From assembly GCA_001244265.2 (NCBI GenBank), contig CDLV01000009.1:1860001-1924000 (forward strand): a DNA stretch of 64,000 nt, written 5' to 3'. Source of the DNA: Microbotryum violaceum (lineage: Eukaryota). Positions 13,463-25,988 of the stretch are shown here, piece by piece (position 1 is the first letter of the stretch; every line of letters starts with the position of its first letter). The translations under genes and the position numbers were made by a program. The notes under the pieces are model-generated. The model saw only the letters and a list, made by a program, of their open reading frames with translations, ran no database searches and was not told the origin of the DNA.

Positions 13463-14158
13463 ATGATGCGTTCCCTCATCAAGTTGCTCGTTCTTTTCAC
13501 CGCCGTCAGTGTGGCTCTTGCGAACCCGTGGCCTCCGTCGGTTCAGTAAGTGGTCATCGCTATCGCCGCTATCCGTAGTCAACAAGTTGCTGATTACATC
13601 ATCAATTGAATCAGAGATTCCTGCAATTGGCTCAAGGCATGGTGCACGTCAGTATTCGATGCCCCGATCCCTTACGAATCGCCGTCTCGATCGCAACGGC
13701 CTGGAAAGAGCGGAGCTGACGAGGATCCCCTTTTTTCTTCAGCGATTGTCAAACCTCGTTCTGTGGCAACATCACCTCTCACAAGCAGTCAGTCAACTCC
13801 CCACCGCAGCCGTGATCGCGGTATCCTAACACCTCCTATCACCCCTTTTTCGTATCGGAGCAGACATAAATTGTGCTTCAAAACGCACTGCGAATCGCAC
13901 CACCCGCGCGACTACCCCCGTCCTTGCAAGCAGATGCAAATGGCGGACAAGTGCATGCGCTCCTGTCAGTGGAAGAGGAGCCATAACTTGACGCTTTCGT
14001 AAGTCCAAGTCGGATTAGGACTCGTGAGGGTTTGGTTTGAAGCTAAAGAAATTGGTGTCATTAGATGGAACCCTTTCATCAATCATGACAAGTGCAGACA
14101 TTGTTGCGATATGCAAGGTGGACCGACCGAGAAGAGGATGCGTCGTTCGGGTTACTAG
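13463..14158 (+). CDS. Small secreted Cys-rich protein (effector-like), 5 exons, 129 aa, 12 Cys
   Basis: Spliced: MMRSLIKLLVLFTAVSVALANPWPPSVQDSCNWLKAWCTDCQTSFCGNITSHKQHKLCFKTHCESHHPRDYPRPCKQMQMADKCMRSCQWKRSHNLTLSWNPFINHDKCRHCCDMQGGPTEKRMRRSGY*; canonical GT-AG introns; TATAAAA at ~13388. Confidence 0.88.
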
Positions 14159-15616
14159 CTCCTCTTCGCCATCTGGTCGAACCAAATTCGTTCTTCTTCC
14201 TCGCTTGCGAGACAGCCCTCTTCCATCCTTGTGTACATATTTTTACATCCTTGGACAACCCTTAATTGGAGTTTCATAGACGCTTTCTTTGTCGTTGAAG
14301 TTTTCTTGCTTTTTGCAATGGTCGACTTGTCCTCTTCTGCGCTTCAAATCACCCAAAATGTTTTTACTGCCAGAGTATTGCCAGCTGCTGGGAAGATGCA
14401 AGGACTTCTTTCGAGGTAAATCGCAGTGTATCAGATCGAATGATTAACTAGTGCCAAACGCGACCGCTTTTTTCGGTGTCAAGGTGAAACACGGCCGCCC
14501 GTGCGACTTCGGGCTCGAAGAACTAAGATTCGACGACGCCAACATGGAAGCAGCGTCGCCTGGCGAGGTTGGGTTGGCACCACTTGCAAACGGGTCTATG
14601 GGTCTGAAGCCCAGAACTCTTACTGGGGTGGTGACCTGAATGATTCTTGTGCGTGCATTTCGCGATCCTTTTTCGGGTTTGATTCAGAATCTGCAGGGTT
14701 TCGTTCTTTAAGCGTTCAGGCCCCAGTTTGAGTATGTGTGACGGGCCTTAGAGGGCTATGCCACGAGGATCGAGCACTTGCATACTTGAAATTGATCGAC
14801 AAGCTCCGGAAGACGATGTTTTCCGTCAGCGGTTCAGGAACCCGCTTCGTGGTGCCGCTCCGGGAACGCATTAATGCACAGCCCAGTTATCGAATCACTT
14901 CCGAGGTCGAACGTCCGAGACGTCGCCATAAGCTTTTAAACACCGCTAGCTGCCTTTGACCTCCTGATTCCCATCATTTTTGCACGTGGGTTTTGGGCCA
15001 CGTTCATCCGCTATGCCGAGATCGCTTGATAGACACAAGCTCACCCTAGGGTGTTCCCGCCCGTGAAGCATCGCCCGAATCTCGGACCTGCGGCCGGTGA
15101 ACACCGCAAGGGGGACGGACTGATGTTACAATTCTTTGGGTCACACCTGGTTTCAACCTGGTTTCAACACATGTCCATCAATTTCACGTGATGCTGTGGG
15201 TCTATCTCCTTAACTTCGATGTTAAAAAGCGAAGATGTCGGCTGTAGTACACCGTTTCGGGAAAAGGCTGCGCAAATACCAACCCCATCAACGCGCACCG
15301 CCCGCATTCTCATCATGTGCATGCATAACTGCTTGGTTCGAACAACTCGCCGCGCCGTGATCAAAAAGAATCACAGTCCAAATTGAACATGAAAAGAACT
15401 GAGAATATCCGCAAGTAACGAAACGCTCGAGAGTTCGAAAACGTTCCAGCCTCCTTGCCCATTTCGCCCGCCCGCCCCCCCCCCCCCCCCTGCCCCCGCC
15501 CCCACAAACTTGTACCTCTGCATGCAGGAATACTAACAACCCTGATCAATCAAAAGATCGGTTGTCTTGAAGATAATGCTGGGTTACCAGAAACGGCTTT
15601 TGTTGCGACAGAGTGT

Positions 15617-16336
15617 TCAGGATACGTCACTGCCGTCACAGCAGCATTGGTCCACGCAGCACGATGAGAGATCCGCAGCTATGAGATGGGAGAGAACAAC
15701 GTCAGAGGCAGTTACTTCTGACACCTCGTCACATCTCTTCTAAACCACAGAGAAGGAGACTATACAACTTGCGGAGAAGAGTTTCAGTGGCTTTGTGACT
15801 CAGCACGTCGTCATCTTGTCCGCGAATTTGACACGCGAAGCAACCCGAATCTACCACAACGAGCTTCGTTTTGGTGGGCGACGCAAATTTTCTCCCTGTT
15901 TTCGTCAGGTGACCGAGGAGGCAGTCAACATGACACGAGGACAACACTCTCAAAGTTCTGAAGCGAGAATGGTGGCGGGGAACTATCTTACTTGAAACAG
16001 TGGTTGGCCGCCCCCGACTGAAAATGCTTGCAATGCTCTCTCGCTTGCCTAAACAGAAGAACAAGAACAATGACGGTATGACTCCTGGGGAGCTACTGTG
16101 AAGTTATCAAACGCCAGCTGCCTGGAGTGACAAGACTCGTGCACTGGTCGGGAAGCCACTTGTGTGAGAACTTAGATTTCGAAACCGGTTCTCCGATCGA
16201 GGTGTGGGTTGGCGGCTGTCAGTTTATAGGGGGGAGCGACGTTCCATGAAGCTCTCAGTGGTGAAGGTCCACTTCCCGGATGGGGGGCTTGAACGCCAGC
16301 AATAGCCGCCAAGAGGAAGATGGGGAGGAAACGAAT
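15617..16336 (-). pseudogene. Pseudogene paralogue of the secreted Cys-rich gene at 17037
   Basis: Starts ATT-RFLPIFLLAAIAGVQA (cf. MRFLPILLVAAVVGIQA); remnants ANPHLDRR (cf. CPNLDKRC), CQ/FADKMTTC* (cf. CDWAQKAPTCW) with frameshifts and a stop at the Trp position; last exon ADLSSCCVDQCCCDGSDVS* (cf. TLCCENECCAKRNP*). Confidence 0.7.
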
Positions 16337-17036
16337 GACTGAACGATAGGATAATCGATCGGTTAAGAGAGGAGTGATGCGAAAGGGGAAGGGAGCGCCC
16401 GTGATGGTGAGACAATGGTGATATCCATGGAAATTGCCGAAAGACGCCGAACTCAATTAGATTGATGATCTGCATACGCTAAGTGGGGAGTTGGAGGACC
16501 TCCTTCACTAGTCAATGTCTTAGACGTCGTTCGGTTGAGTCCCAGAGGGCAGGCGCACCGCCTATCACGGGCGTGCGGTTCAAGCCGCTAGTCAGGACGT
16601 CGTCCGCATCCGCACCGGGAACATCTCCGATCGTTTCAGGCCTTCCGACCTACGTGTCATGGGCACTCTACCTGTGTTTGCATCATTGAAGCTAGGAATA
16701 CGACCTCCGGTGCGCAAATCAATGAAGAAGTGACCTGCCAAGTAGGCACAGATCATGACCGGTGTCCAATCCCTCCCACGCGACTCAACCCGTACTCCAC
16801 GCGACCGGAGTCGGCGTGGCGCGTGGCGCGAGGTTAAAGCAGTTTCCGAGACAGCGGTGACGCCGAGTCAAGGACTTCCGAAACACACTGCACCGCATGA
16901 GCATCACATGGCGAACGACACTAGTCCGCTTTTACTTCTTTGACATACTTTCAGGCTTTTTCTCTCTCTCTCTCTCTCTCTTCATCCACCCCATCACCGA
17001 ATTCGATCAAGTTTATCGATTGGAACCCCCCCTAAC

Positions 17037-17781
17037 ATGCGTTTCCTACCCATCCTCCTCGTTGCCGCCGTGGTCGGTATTCAAGCTTCCTCCGTCGGGT
17101 GAGTCATAGCTGCGCTACATCACGGTCTTTTGGGGTCTTGTCGCCGAAGAGTGCCTCTACTGATCTGGCCAAGCACGGCAGCCTGTGCCCCAACCTCGAT
17201 AAGCGCTGCGAGTAAGCCAGGTCCACGTTATGCCCCAAATCTGTAATTTAATCTGACGTTTCGGTTTATTTGCAGTGACGCTCATACATATTGCAATGTG
17301 AACTTCACAAGCCAGGGTTACAACAGGTGCGTATACCTAGTCTAACCGAGCACGGCCTCGACGTCGGCTAAGTAACGCGGGACGTGCGATCCTGACCCCC
17401 ACCCTTTTTTTCTGTTGTTCTTCTCTTCTTTCTGCTCATCCCGGCTGTGCCATGCCCCTCCCAACTCAGCACGGATGCCTGCATCGAGGGCAGATATGGC
17501 GTGTACGCTGGGGACGCGCCGGGAAGCGTTTGCGATTGGGCGCAGAAGGCTCCTACGTGCTGGAATAAGTGCCTGACACTGAAAGCGAATTGGTTAGTCT
17601 TCCGAGTTGGAGGGATTGAGCGTGGCGGCTCGAGGTCCGATCGTATGCTTATCTTTCTTGAGTGAATCGGCCAACGACTTTGATGGTGACTAGGTGCACG
17701 CGCTCTAATATGCAGCCTGAGGACATGGGCAATCAAACCCTTTGCTGCGAGAACGAGTGCTGCGCCAAGCGTAATCCCTGA
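17037..17781 (+). CDS. Small secreted Cys-rich protein (effector-like), 5 exons
   Basis: Spliced: MRFLPILLVAAVVGIQASSVGLCPNLDKRCDDAHTYCNVNFTSQGYNSTDACIEGRYGVYAGDAPGSVCDWAQKAPTCWNKCLTLKANWCTRSNMQPEDMGNQTLCCENECCAKRNP*; all introns phase 2. Confidence 0.8.
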
Positions 17782-18394
17782 GGAACGAGCCTCTGAAGGA
17801 AAAAGGGGGGTGGTCCCCTCGTTCGGTCGTCGGTTATCGGTCGCACAACTCGAGATGAGATGGAACGTGGGAGAGGAGTTTGAGTCGTCGGAGAGGGAGG
17901 GTTTACTTTGCGAGTCGGTTCAGATCTCAGAGGCGGAGTCAGGTTGGTGTAGTGTCTTCTTCGCTTGTAATGATGGTACAGACGACTTGGTGGAAAGACT
18001 ATGGAGTGAAAGAGGGCGGAAAAACTGGATTTGCCCTGTTGCCACGTTTAGTAACTGTAACTGTGGCTCTACCCGTGCATGTGTTCTCGAGAGTAAGAAG
18101 CAATGCTGCCGCGAGAGATACTACTCTGATGCTGAACCCCGAGGACGATGGCCGCTGTTGCGTCCTGCGCCCAGTGGAGGCACTCGATCGATTCCCAGGT
18201 GAGGGGGTCCGTGCGAGCGTGGGAGAGCTCGAGCCGGCCAATCGTGGCAAGTCAGCGAGTCAGCGAGCGGGGGATGTTGTCACCCGCGTCGTACCCACGG
18301 CACCCGCTCCCGCTCCCGCTCCCGCTCCATCCACCCGCCACCGCACGTACACTCCCCCCTTCTCCATCGCCCTATACGCCGAGCTCTCTACGGC

Positions 18395-20093
18395 ATGTCG
18401 TCGACAGTTCGGATGGGCTTGTTGCCGCTGCTTCGATCGGGTGCCGTGGTCGCCCCGCGCCTGACGGCAACGCGGTTAAGCTCTGCGCTAGTAGCCTCCA
18501 CTCTCCTCCTACCACTGCACTACCAATCCCAATCCCAACCGCAACGTCTCTTCTCCTCCTCCCCCCTCGCCCTTCTCGCCACCCCGCCCAACTCGACCAG
18601 CCCTCCCGTCGTCGGCCAGGAGCGCAATCAGTCCAAGCCAGCGCCGATCGTGCCCCATCGCGCGGCGGCCGAGGTCGATTACAGCAAAGGGCCTTCCGCA
18701 CTCGACAAGGCGTCCAGTCTGTTCTTCTTTACCGAGATCCTCCGAGGTCAGTTGGGGGAGGACTCGGTGCTGTGGGGTGATGAGGTGTGGTGCGCGTGAC
18801 TGATCGTTGGCTGTTCCGCAAACGACTCGGATGATGGGCGCCTCCTCTTTGCGTCGACGCTGATTGGCTCAATCGTGCACTTGCCACACTCGTGACACCT
18901 TCCTACCTACACGTCACAGGAATGGCCCTCGTGTTGGAGCAGGTACGTGATGTTGACTCGAATATGACCAAGAACAAGTCAAGGCAGGGCGCTAATCCCC
19001 GTGCTGATGGCAATCCTCCGCCGCACCTCGCCCCATCTCCACAGTTCTTTAGGTGCGAACCCAACTTCAACACACAAGTGGTGGACGGGCCAGCTCGGAT
19101 GGACACTGATCCGACCTGATACTATCCACAGGCCACCCTACACCATCATGTACCCTTTCGGCAAGTCGTCTTCTCTCCGCTACGGCATGGCCAACACCTC
19201 ACCCATCTCCCCTAACCCTAATCATTCAATCATTCTACAGAGAAAGGTCCGATGTCACCGAGGTTCCGAGGCGAGCACGCGCTGCGCCGTTATGCGACAG
19301 GTGAAGAGAGGTGTATCGGTACGTTCAGAGGAGGAGCTTGATCCCTCTAAACGATCCGGGTGCTGATCTACCGACTCTCTTTCATCTTGCCCCTATATGG
19401 TATCCGTCTCCGTCTGAACGGCTGCAGCCTGCAAGTTGTGCGAAGCCATCTGCCCCGCGCAGGCGATCACGATCGAGTCCGAGACTCGCGAGGACGGCGC
19501 GCGTCGCACGACCCGATACGACATCGACATGACCAAGTGCATCTACTGCGGTGTAAGTCATCGGATCAGTTATCGTTTTTGCAGTCCAGCTGGGCGGCTA
19601 TGGAGCTGTGGCGGTGGAGGGAAGGCGGGAGTCGCGAGCGATTGCGGGCGTGACACGCTGATCACCTTTGGAACCGGTCATTCACAGTTCTGCCAAGAGG
19701 CTTGCCCCGTTGATGCCATCGTCGAGAGTGAGTTTGAGACCATCGTCGTATCGCAAATCGCTTTTTCTGAATTCTGACTTGGCTCTTCTTCCCACTCGAT
19801 CTCCTTCCCCCCCCCCCCACCTCCCTCTTCCAACTCGTTCCACCTCCACCTCCCCTTTCTCACCACTCAGCGCAAAACACCGAATACACGACCGAGACGC
19901 GCGAAGAACTCTTGTACAACAAGGAGAAACTACTCGCCAACGGTGACCGGATGGAGGCCGAGATCGCGGCCAACTTGCATTCCGACCATGGTACGTTTTA
20001 CCCTCTGATGTTTCCAGTTTTTCCAATTAAGGAATGTGGTGAAGGGTCGGATTGACTGAGGTGGTTCTGCGTAAACTCACAGTGTACCGTTAA
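18395..20093 (+). CDS. NDUFS8: Mitochondrial complex I 2x[4Fe-4S] subunit (TYKY/NUIM)
   Basis: [97 protein letters not shown]; many short exons; N-terminal presequence-like region. Confidence 0.97.
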
Positions 20094-20829
20094 GTTTGCT
20101 ACGGGGGGACGAAATATGAGGATCGTAGGATGGGGTAGATGACGAAGGTGCATAGCGATCTGAGCGAGAGGAATAGAACGGTGACGTGTGCTTCTAGTGA
20201 GGAATGCGACGAGACGAAGACGTTCCGAGCGAGACGCTGTTGCGCTATCAATTTCTTGCCGTTCTTTTTCTCTAGTCCTTTCTTTCGAGTTTGTGGCTTC
20301 GTAGAACTGCAACATTGGAAAAATGGCGCGACCGGGTAATTTCTTTTTTATCCATCTTCTTGTCGTGCCCCCCTCGCCGGTTCACTGTGACTTCACTATA
20401 TAATCGCCGCCCCCAAAGGGAATCAAAACAAATTGAGCAAAAAACCTCCGGTCACCGCTGGCTGAGCGATGAGCCCCTGAGGTCCGTCTGGGTCCAAGGG
20501 TCTTTTTTTTGTCCACCCAAAAAGAGCCCTACTCTTGATGTGTCATTAATCGTGAACTATCGCGATGGAGATGATGATGGGGGAATTCACAAAAGTCAGG
20601 TTTACATGAAAGGAACATGGGTCTTATTACAACACATACGACGCCCACGAATTGAGACTACCGGGGGAGAAATGACGGAAGAAAAAAAAAGCGAACGATG
20701 AAGACGTAGGAAAAGCAAACTCGAGGAGAGGTACGTAAGGGTTGACGAGTTGGTCCTTGATTGCTTTGCGAAGAGGTAGGTATACATGCGAGATTGCTGG
20801 GGAAGAAGTTTGAGGTGATGGGGAAAAGA

Positions 20830-22083
20830 CTAGGCCATTCCCCATTGCGGAGCGGTAGGAACCCTTCGATGGATATCGAGATCGGGGTTCCTTTACAAGT
20901 GCGGACGAAGGATCACTGTCAGCCTCCAGACGAATCCAGTCTAGGTCCGAATATGCTCCACTTACATCGTCGACCCACTCCCACCCAGACCCATCTCCTC
21001 ATCATCCTCATCATCATCCTCTCGTTCCCTCCTCTTCTCCCTCGGCGCCGAATGGATCTCCCCTTGATTCTGCGCCATCGTCATCGTCTGCGAAGCCATG
21101 AAAATCGGAGCATAGGCCTGATAAAGTGAGGGTTGAGAACTTCATTCAGTTCGAAGGGTCTTTCGTGAGCTGATGCCAATTTCCACTCACCTCGATTTGA
21201 TGTTGGAACCCGAGCCTAGGGGCGACGCAGAACCTCCTACTTTGTACGAATTGAAACGCATCTTCGTGCGTTAGGCCATGTTTGACCATCACGTAGGCGG
21301 TTCTGTAAGATAGAAAAAATTACCACAAGCAAGTTGAAGTTGGTGACTTTTCCGATCGTGTGGGGTCGGTCGGGTGCGAGAGCTTACGCGATGGCGGGGG
21401 AGCGAGAAATGCCATCTCCGCAATGAACGAGCACGGCTCCACCCATTTCAATTGCTCCGTCGATGAAGGCTTGTGTTCTGTACCATTGTGATGATTGGAT
21501 AGGATGCGAGCCGGATGGGATCCGAGCGTAGATTCGAGTGAGGTGGGGGGTTGGGACGAGAAGGGGAGGGAAAGACGAGTCAGCCGCGCGGTAATCGCGA
21601 TTTGGGATGGCGACCTTTTCAAGGTTTTCTTCCGCCACGAACTGTGGGAATATCTTGATGAGGTTCTGGTCGTCCGCATCGCGCACTTCAAGGATGAGGT
21701 AGACGAAACGTTCGGGGAACTTGGCCCGGAACAGGTGTCTGGCGCGTGCGGCATCACATGTCCCAGGGTCAGTACAAGGACAACCCAAAACCTCAAGTGT
21801 AGAATTGAACGGACTGTTCTCTCGACTCGGCGATACAGAGGATATGGGTGATGCCGAGCCTGTTCAACGTTTCGAGATTCCATGACGGCTGAAACGGGCC
21901 GATGAACAAACCTGCAACGAACCCCCCACCAACCGCATCAGTAATCGCTCCCCAATTCAAAGTCGTCTTTCCCAACTCACCGGGAAGTATCTGCTGAGCC
22001 TCTCGACGCATCTCGTACCTCCAATCGACGCGGTTCGGCAGCGCTTCCTCGAGTCGCTGCAACGCGGGACTGATGCCGCTCAT
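20830..22083 (-). CDS. STYX-like dual-specificity protein phosphatase
   Basis: WRYEMRREAQQILPGLFIGPF, LGITHILCI, DADDQNLIKIFP, VLVHCGDGISRSPA, AYVMVK...FVQSRRFCVAPRLGFQHQI across exons. Confidence 0.85.
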
Positions 22084-22607
22084 TTGCGCGATCAAGCTCG
22101 GCGCGGCGAGCGAAGGAGGCAGAGTGATGCGTCAAAGCTAGCAAAGGACGTTGGGCTGAGGTCTCAGTAGGTGCTGGCGGAGGCGAAGGCGAGTGGGTGG
22201 CAGTGCGGGCTGAGCAGATGAGGGAGGAGAAGAGGAGAGGAGGTGCGTGCGTCGAGGCGCGTCTCGCCCGACACCGGCGTTGACAAACTGAAAACGGTGA
22301 TCGAAGAAGGCGCCAATGGCAGCCGATCAAACTTCTCGCGTACATTTCTCAAGCAGCTCATGTGGGGCAATTTGAACTGGAAGTAATTACATCGGGCCTC
22401 GCACGGAGAGAAACACATAATACGTCAAGAGGTAGGCTCCGGGGCAGCTCCCACCCTAATCGTCCAGCAAGTCGAAGCGGGCAGCTCAGTGTATGCACAT
22501 GCGCTCGGCAAAATGAAGCGCAACAACTCATTTGGCTGTTGAGTAGTAGGATGCACTGGCGGGATCAGTGGGTGGATCTTTTTCGTTACTTTATAGTTTT
22601 GACGAGT

Positions 22608-23340
22608 TCAAATCTTACGGGGGTTTCCAGCCGCATCACAGCACTTTTCGCAGCTGACAAAGTTAATATAGCATCTACTATTCAGCAACGAGGTGAAACA
22701 CCCCTTCGGGTCGAGCGAGACCTGCAGTGACTCACCTCTGATCCTCCGTGCAACTGGCCAAGCAAGTCAACGAATCAAAAACCTTGGTGCACCAACCCGT
22801 TGGTGAACTTTGAGTAGTCGCGTTCGTCCCTTGGCTTGGGTCCACAGCCCAGCATTCGGTCGCTTGACAGGCTCTGGAACTGCCAAATGAAAGGAGCCGG
22901 ATACGTTAAGGGATCCGCCGAGATTCGGAAAAGGTGTACGGTCTACATTCATGCATAGTAGATTGATAGTGATGACTAATTTGCCCTGGGTTTTTGACTT
23001 ACCTTTCATATGCGTTCCGTCGCCAATGCTTGCTGCAGTCTGGCGTACAGTCCCTGCGCGTCGGAGGATAAATGAACGTGCATTAGCCTGGACAGCTCCA
23101 AACACAATATGACGAAAGCTGTAGATGATAAATTTTATGTACTCACCTACAGTACTTGGTAAGGCGGGTACACTTCTCTTGAGCAACGGACCTGCCGTAG
23201 CGAAGAAACAGATGAAGCAGGTGAGCGTCAACGTCTGCCCTTGTAAGTCAGATGAGCTATCCCCGAACTTACGAGAGTGGTCCCGCCGCGACCACAATCG
23301 AGACGAGAGCGGACGCGAGGATCATGAACGAGGTGCGCAT
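22608..23340 (-). CDS. Small secreted Cys-rich protein (effector-like), 5 exons
   Basis: Spliced: MRTSFMILASALVSIVVAAGPLSSVAQEKCTRLTKYCRDCTPDCSKHWRRNAYESSRACQATECWAVDPSQGTNATTQSSPTGWCTKVFDSLTCLASCTEDQ...INFVSCEKCCDAAGNPRKI*; last acceptor ambiguous by a few nt. Confidence 0.8.
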
Positions 23341-23966
23341 GGTGGCTAACGAGGTCGTGAGTGAGTGATTTGATGAAGAGAGTGAGTGTGTGAATCGATG
23401 AAGAGAGACACGGAGACGTTTAAACGCTAGAAGGCTTCGACGACATGCGATCAACGAAGATCGACAGACCGCCGTTGAGGATGTCTCAGACAGACAGACA
23501 GACAGGGCCAGATCGACTCTATCTCGCACGTGGGCAATCCGATCCGACGTCCTCTCTCCGTCGTGTGAAAGCAAGTATGTAGATGAACGCAAATATGGGT
23601 GTTTGCATGATGTACGATGATGAACTGGTGGCAAAGTTGTGTACGATGATAAACTGACGACGAGATTGGACAGAAGAATCAACCTAAGCAGGAGTCGTCT
23701 CAGACGAGGTGCTCAAGAATGGATCAAAGTAGTGGAAATGACCTAAACCAACATCCAGAATGAGTGTATATCTTCAAATTAAATTTCTGCATAAGAGACT
23801 TACCACTTGAATGAAGTGTGCGTGGCCGATGCGATTCGACGAGAGAACGAGCCGAGGGAAGTCAGAAGGCTGGGCTCGTGCGCGTGTGCTAAGAATGAAC
23901 GGCCCAAGATCAACAGAGTCCCGGAGAGCGTGCATGTCTGCCTTCACTCACCACCTTGTTGTTTGT

Positions 23967-24754
23967 CTAATAAAGGCTGGTTCCATTGGCCTGCTTACAG
24001 CAGTTCTCGAGCATCGGTCTGCCCATGCCGTACGCCCCCAAAGTCAGTCACACTATCCTTATGTTCCGCAAACGGTCAAAGCCTGCGTCTGAACAAGCAG
24101 TTTACTCACCCTCCTGTCTGCTGTGCCTTGGGAAGCCCGTCGGAGCAAGTTTTGGCATTGTTCTCGATGGCGCATGATTCCTTGTACCTCGTCTCCCTCG
24201 TGTTGTTGCATTGGCCATAGTAGCAATCGGTCTTACTATGAACATAATTTAAACGGTTAAAAGCATCGCAACCAGCGTCAGAAAGAGGAGCGGCTGAAAC
24301 ATGAGAGACAAAGAGAAATGAGACCGTCGTCCCTAGCAATCCGAGGCTTACTTCCCGAATCCCCACTGATTGTGATGCTGGTAGCATTTCGAAAGGCATT
24401 CGCTGCACACAGAACATCGTCATACGCTGAGTCAGAGCTTTGGAATAGAGGCTCCTGAGTGCGAATCAAGTGAGACTGACAAGCACGCCTGGCTAACGGC
24501 GACGCATGCCGCCGGAGCCGCCGTCCTGCAGTGGTGATGACGAAGCACGACAAAAGAATAATCAGGACAATACATCGCCATCTGTTCCACCGTGGTACGT
24601 ACCCGTTTTTCCAGTAGGGTTGGTGGAACTTCTCCACGCCGGCCACAGGCCCAAGGGAGGTTGTCTGGGAGTTCGTCGCAACTTTGGCCATCTTGGCGTT
24701 CACGATGGCGCCGACGACGGTGAAGGCGAAGATGAAGAGGGAGGAGTACATCAT
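23967..24754 (-). CDS. Small secreted Cys-rich protein (effector-like), 5 exons
   Basis: Spliced: MMYSSLFIFAFTVVGAIVNAKMAKVATNSQTTSLGPVAGVEKFHQPYWKNGTAAPAACVAVSQACFECLSKCYQHHNQWGFGNKTDCYYGQCNNTRETRYKESCAIENNAKTCSDGLPKAQQTGGPMLENCCKQANGTSLY*. Confidence 0.8.
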
Positions 24755-25821
24755 GGTCTGGTTTTGGGGTTCGGAGGATAGAATTCCAAGAGGTGGTGTG
24801 ACATATTAGAAGGAGAGAGCGACTTTGATGCAGCCCGCGTGTCGTCCTCCCTCGATGTCTTCACCTTCCTAGCTCCTTTTCAGCTGAACGTTGGGTCGTC
24901 TCGATCATTGGGCGGCGACATGGCGGTGGTGGGGGTGAGATAGCCGAACACGAGGCCAAATTTGAATCGCTTCAGTTCCTCGTCCTTAATCGACGCTAAT
25001 CATTAGCCTCTTTTCCCACTTTGCGATGTCTCAGTGCTTCTTCCGAAACGAAGCTAGACAGCGATTCATGCCTCGACACCGCGACAAACTGTCCAACGTG
25101 CCGGAGATTGGAATGTCTGAAACAGGAAGGGGAAACGACGCACTTAAAAATGTTTCTAGAAGTCAGGTGAACATGTATCTCATTATGCGCCGTTCGGAAT
25201 GACGCGCCGGCTTCCGCCTCATCTTCAGCACCGCTCACGGAGCGCAAGGTTTTGTCCCCGCTTTTGTCGCCCTCTCGCCTCCTGTCTCACCTCAGAAACG
25301 GCGCTTGCACAGTGCGCAGCAAGCGGGCGGCTCCAACTGCCCAGTTTTCGGCCGCTCGTCGTGCGTCAACGTTCGAAGGCCGAGAAAGACCCCAGCGGTA
25401 ACGATATTGCACTTTGGGTAAACCAGTTCTTCAATGTCTCGGGGGATCAATTGTCAACGTTAATGCACAGCGCGGAAATGTATACGGAGGACCGGGCCAG
25501 ATGGGAGAAAGACGATTGAATTCGGCGCGCGGGAGGAAGAGGGGGGCGGTTACGAACGGGCCTTCATTTTTGCGCTGCGAAAGTCTCGACAAATGACGAG
25601 CAATGGTGAGAACCGGAGGGCCGGAGCCGGACGGGGTACCGGGCAGGACGAGGGTAAGCTGGGAGAGCGGGGAGAGCGGGAAGACAAGAGATTGTAGATG
25701 TGGCCTGAGCTGACATGCGCGTCGAGCGCGATTGCGGGCGTAAATCCCAAAGAGCCTTTCGAGCCCCAGACATCTGGGATCGAGACTGATCGTTCGAGCT
25801 GCTTTCATACAGATGTTGATA

Positions 25822-25971
25822 AAGCATCGTCGGATCCGACGCTCCTCCCGTAAGCATCGTCGGATCCGACGCTCCTCCCGTAAGCATCGTCGGATCCGAC
25901 CCTTCCTTCCGTAAGCATCGTCGGATCCGACGCTCCTCCCGTAAGCATCGTCGGATCCGACGCTCCTCCCG
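25822..25971. repeat. Minisatellite, 5 x 30 bp, each unit with a 14-bp palindrome
   Basis: Unit AAGCATCGTCGGATCCGACGCTCCTCCCGT; third unit variant (31 bp); CGTCGGATCCGACG is self-complementary (12-bp core intact in all units). Confidence 0.95.
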
Positions 25972-25988
25972 GCGCCTCGCACCAAAGC

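Noticed and set aside
17810-18202. Cys-containing ORF as a further effector
   Set aside because: No signal peptide, no family Cys spacing or exon pattern; lies in the 3'/promoter gap before NDUFS8.
25822-25971. CRISPR-like array (30-bp palindromic repeats)
   Set aside because: No unique spacers, no cas genes, eukaryotic context; it is a minisatellite.
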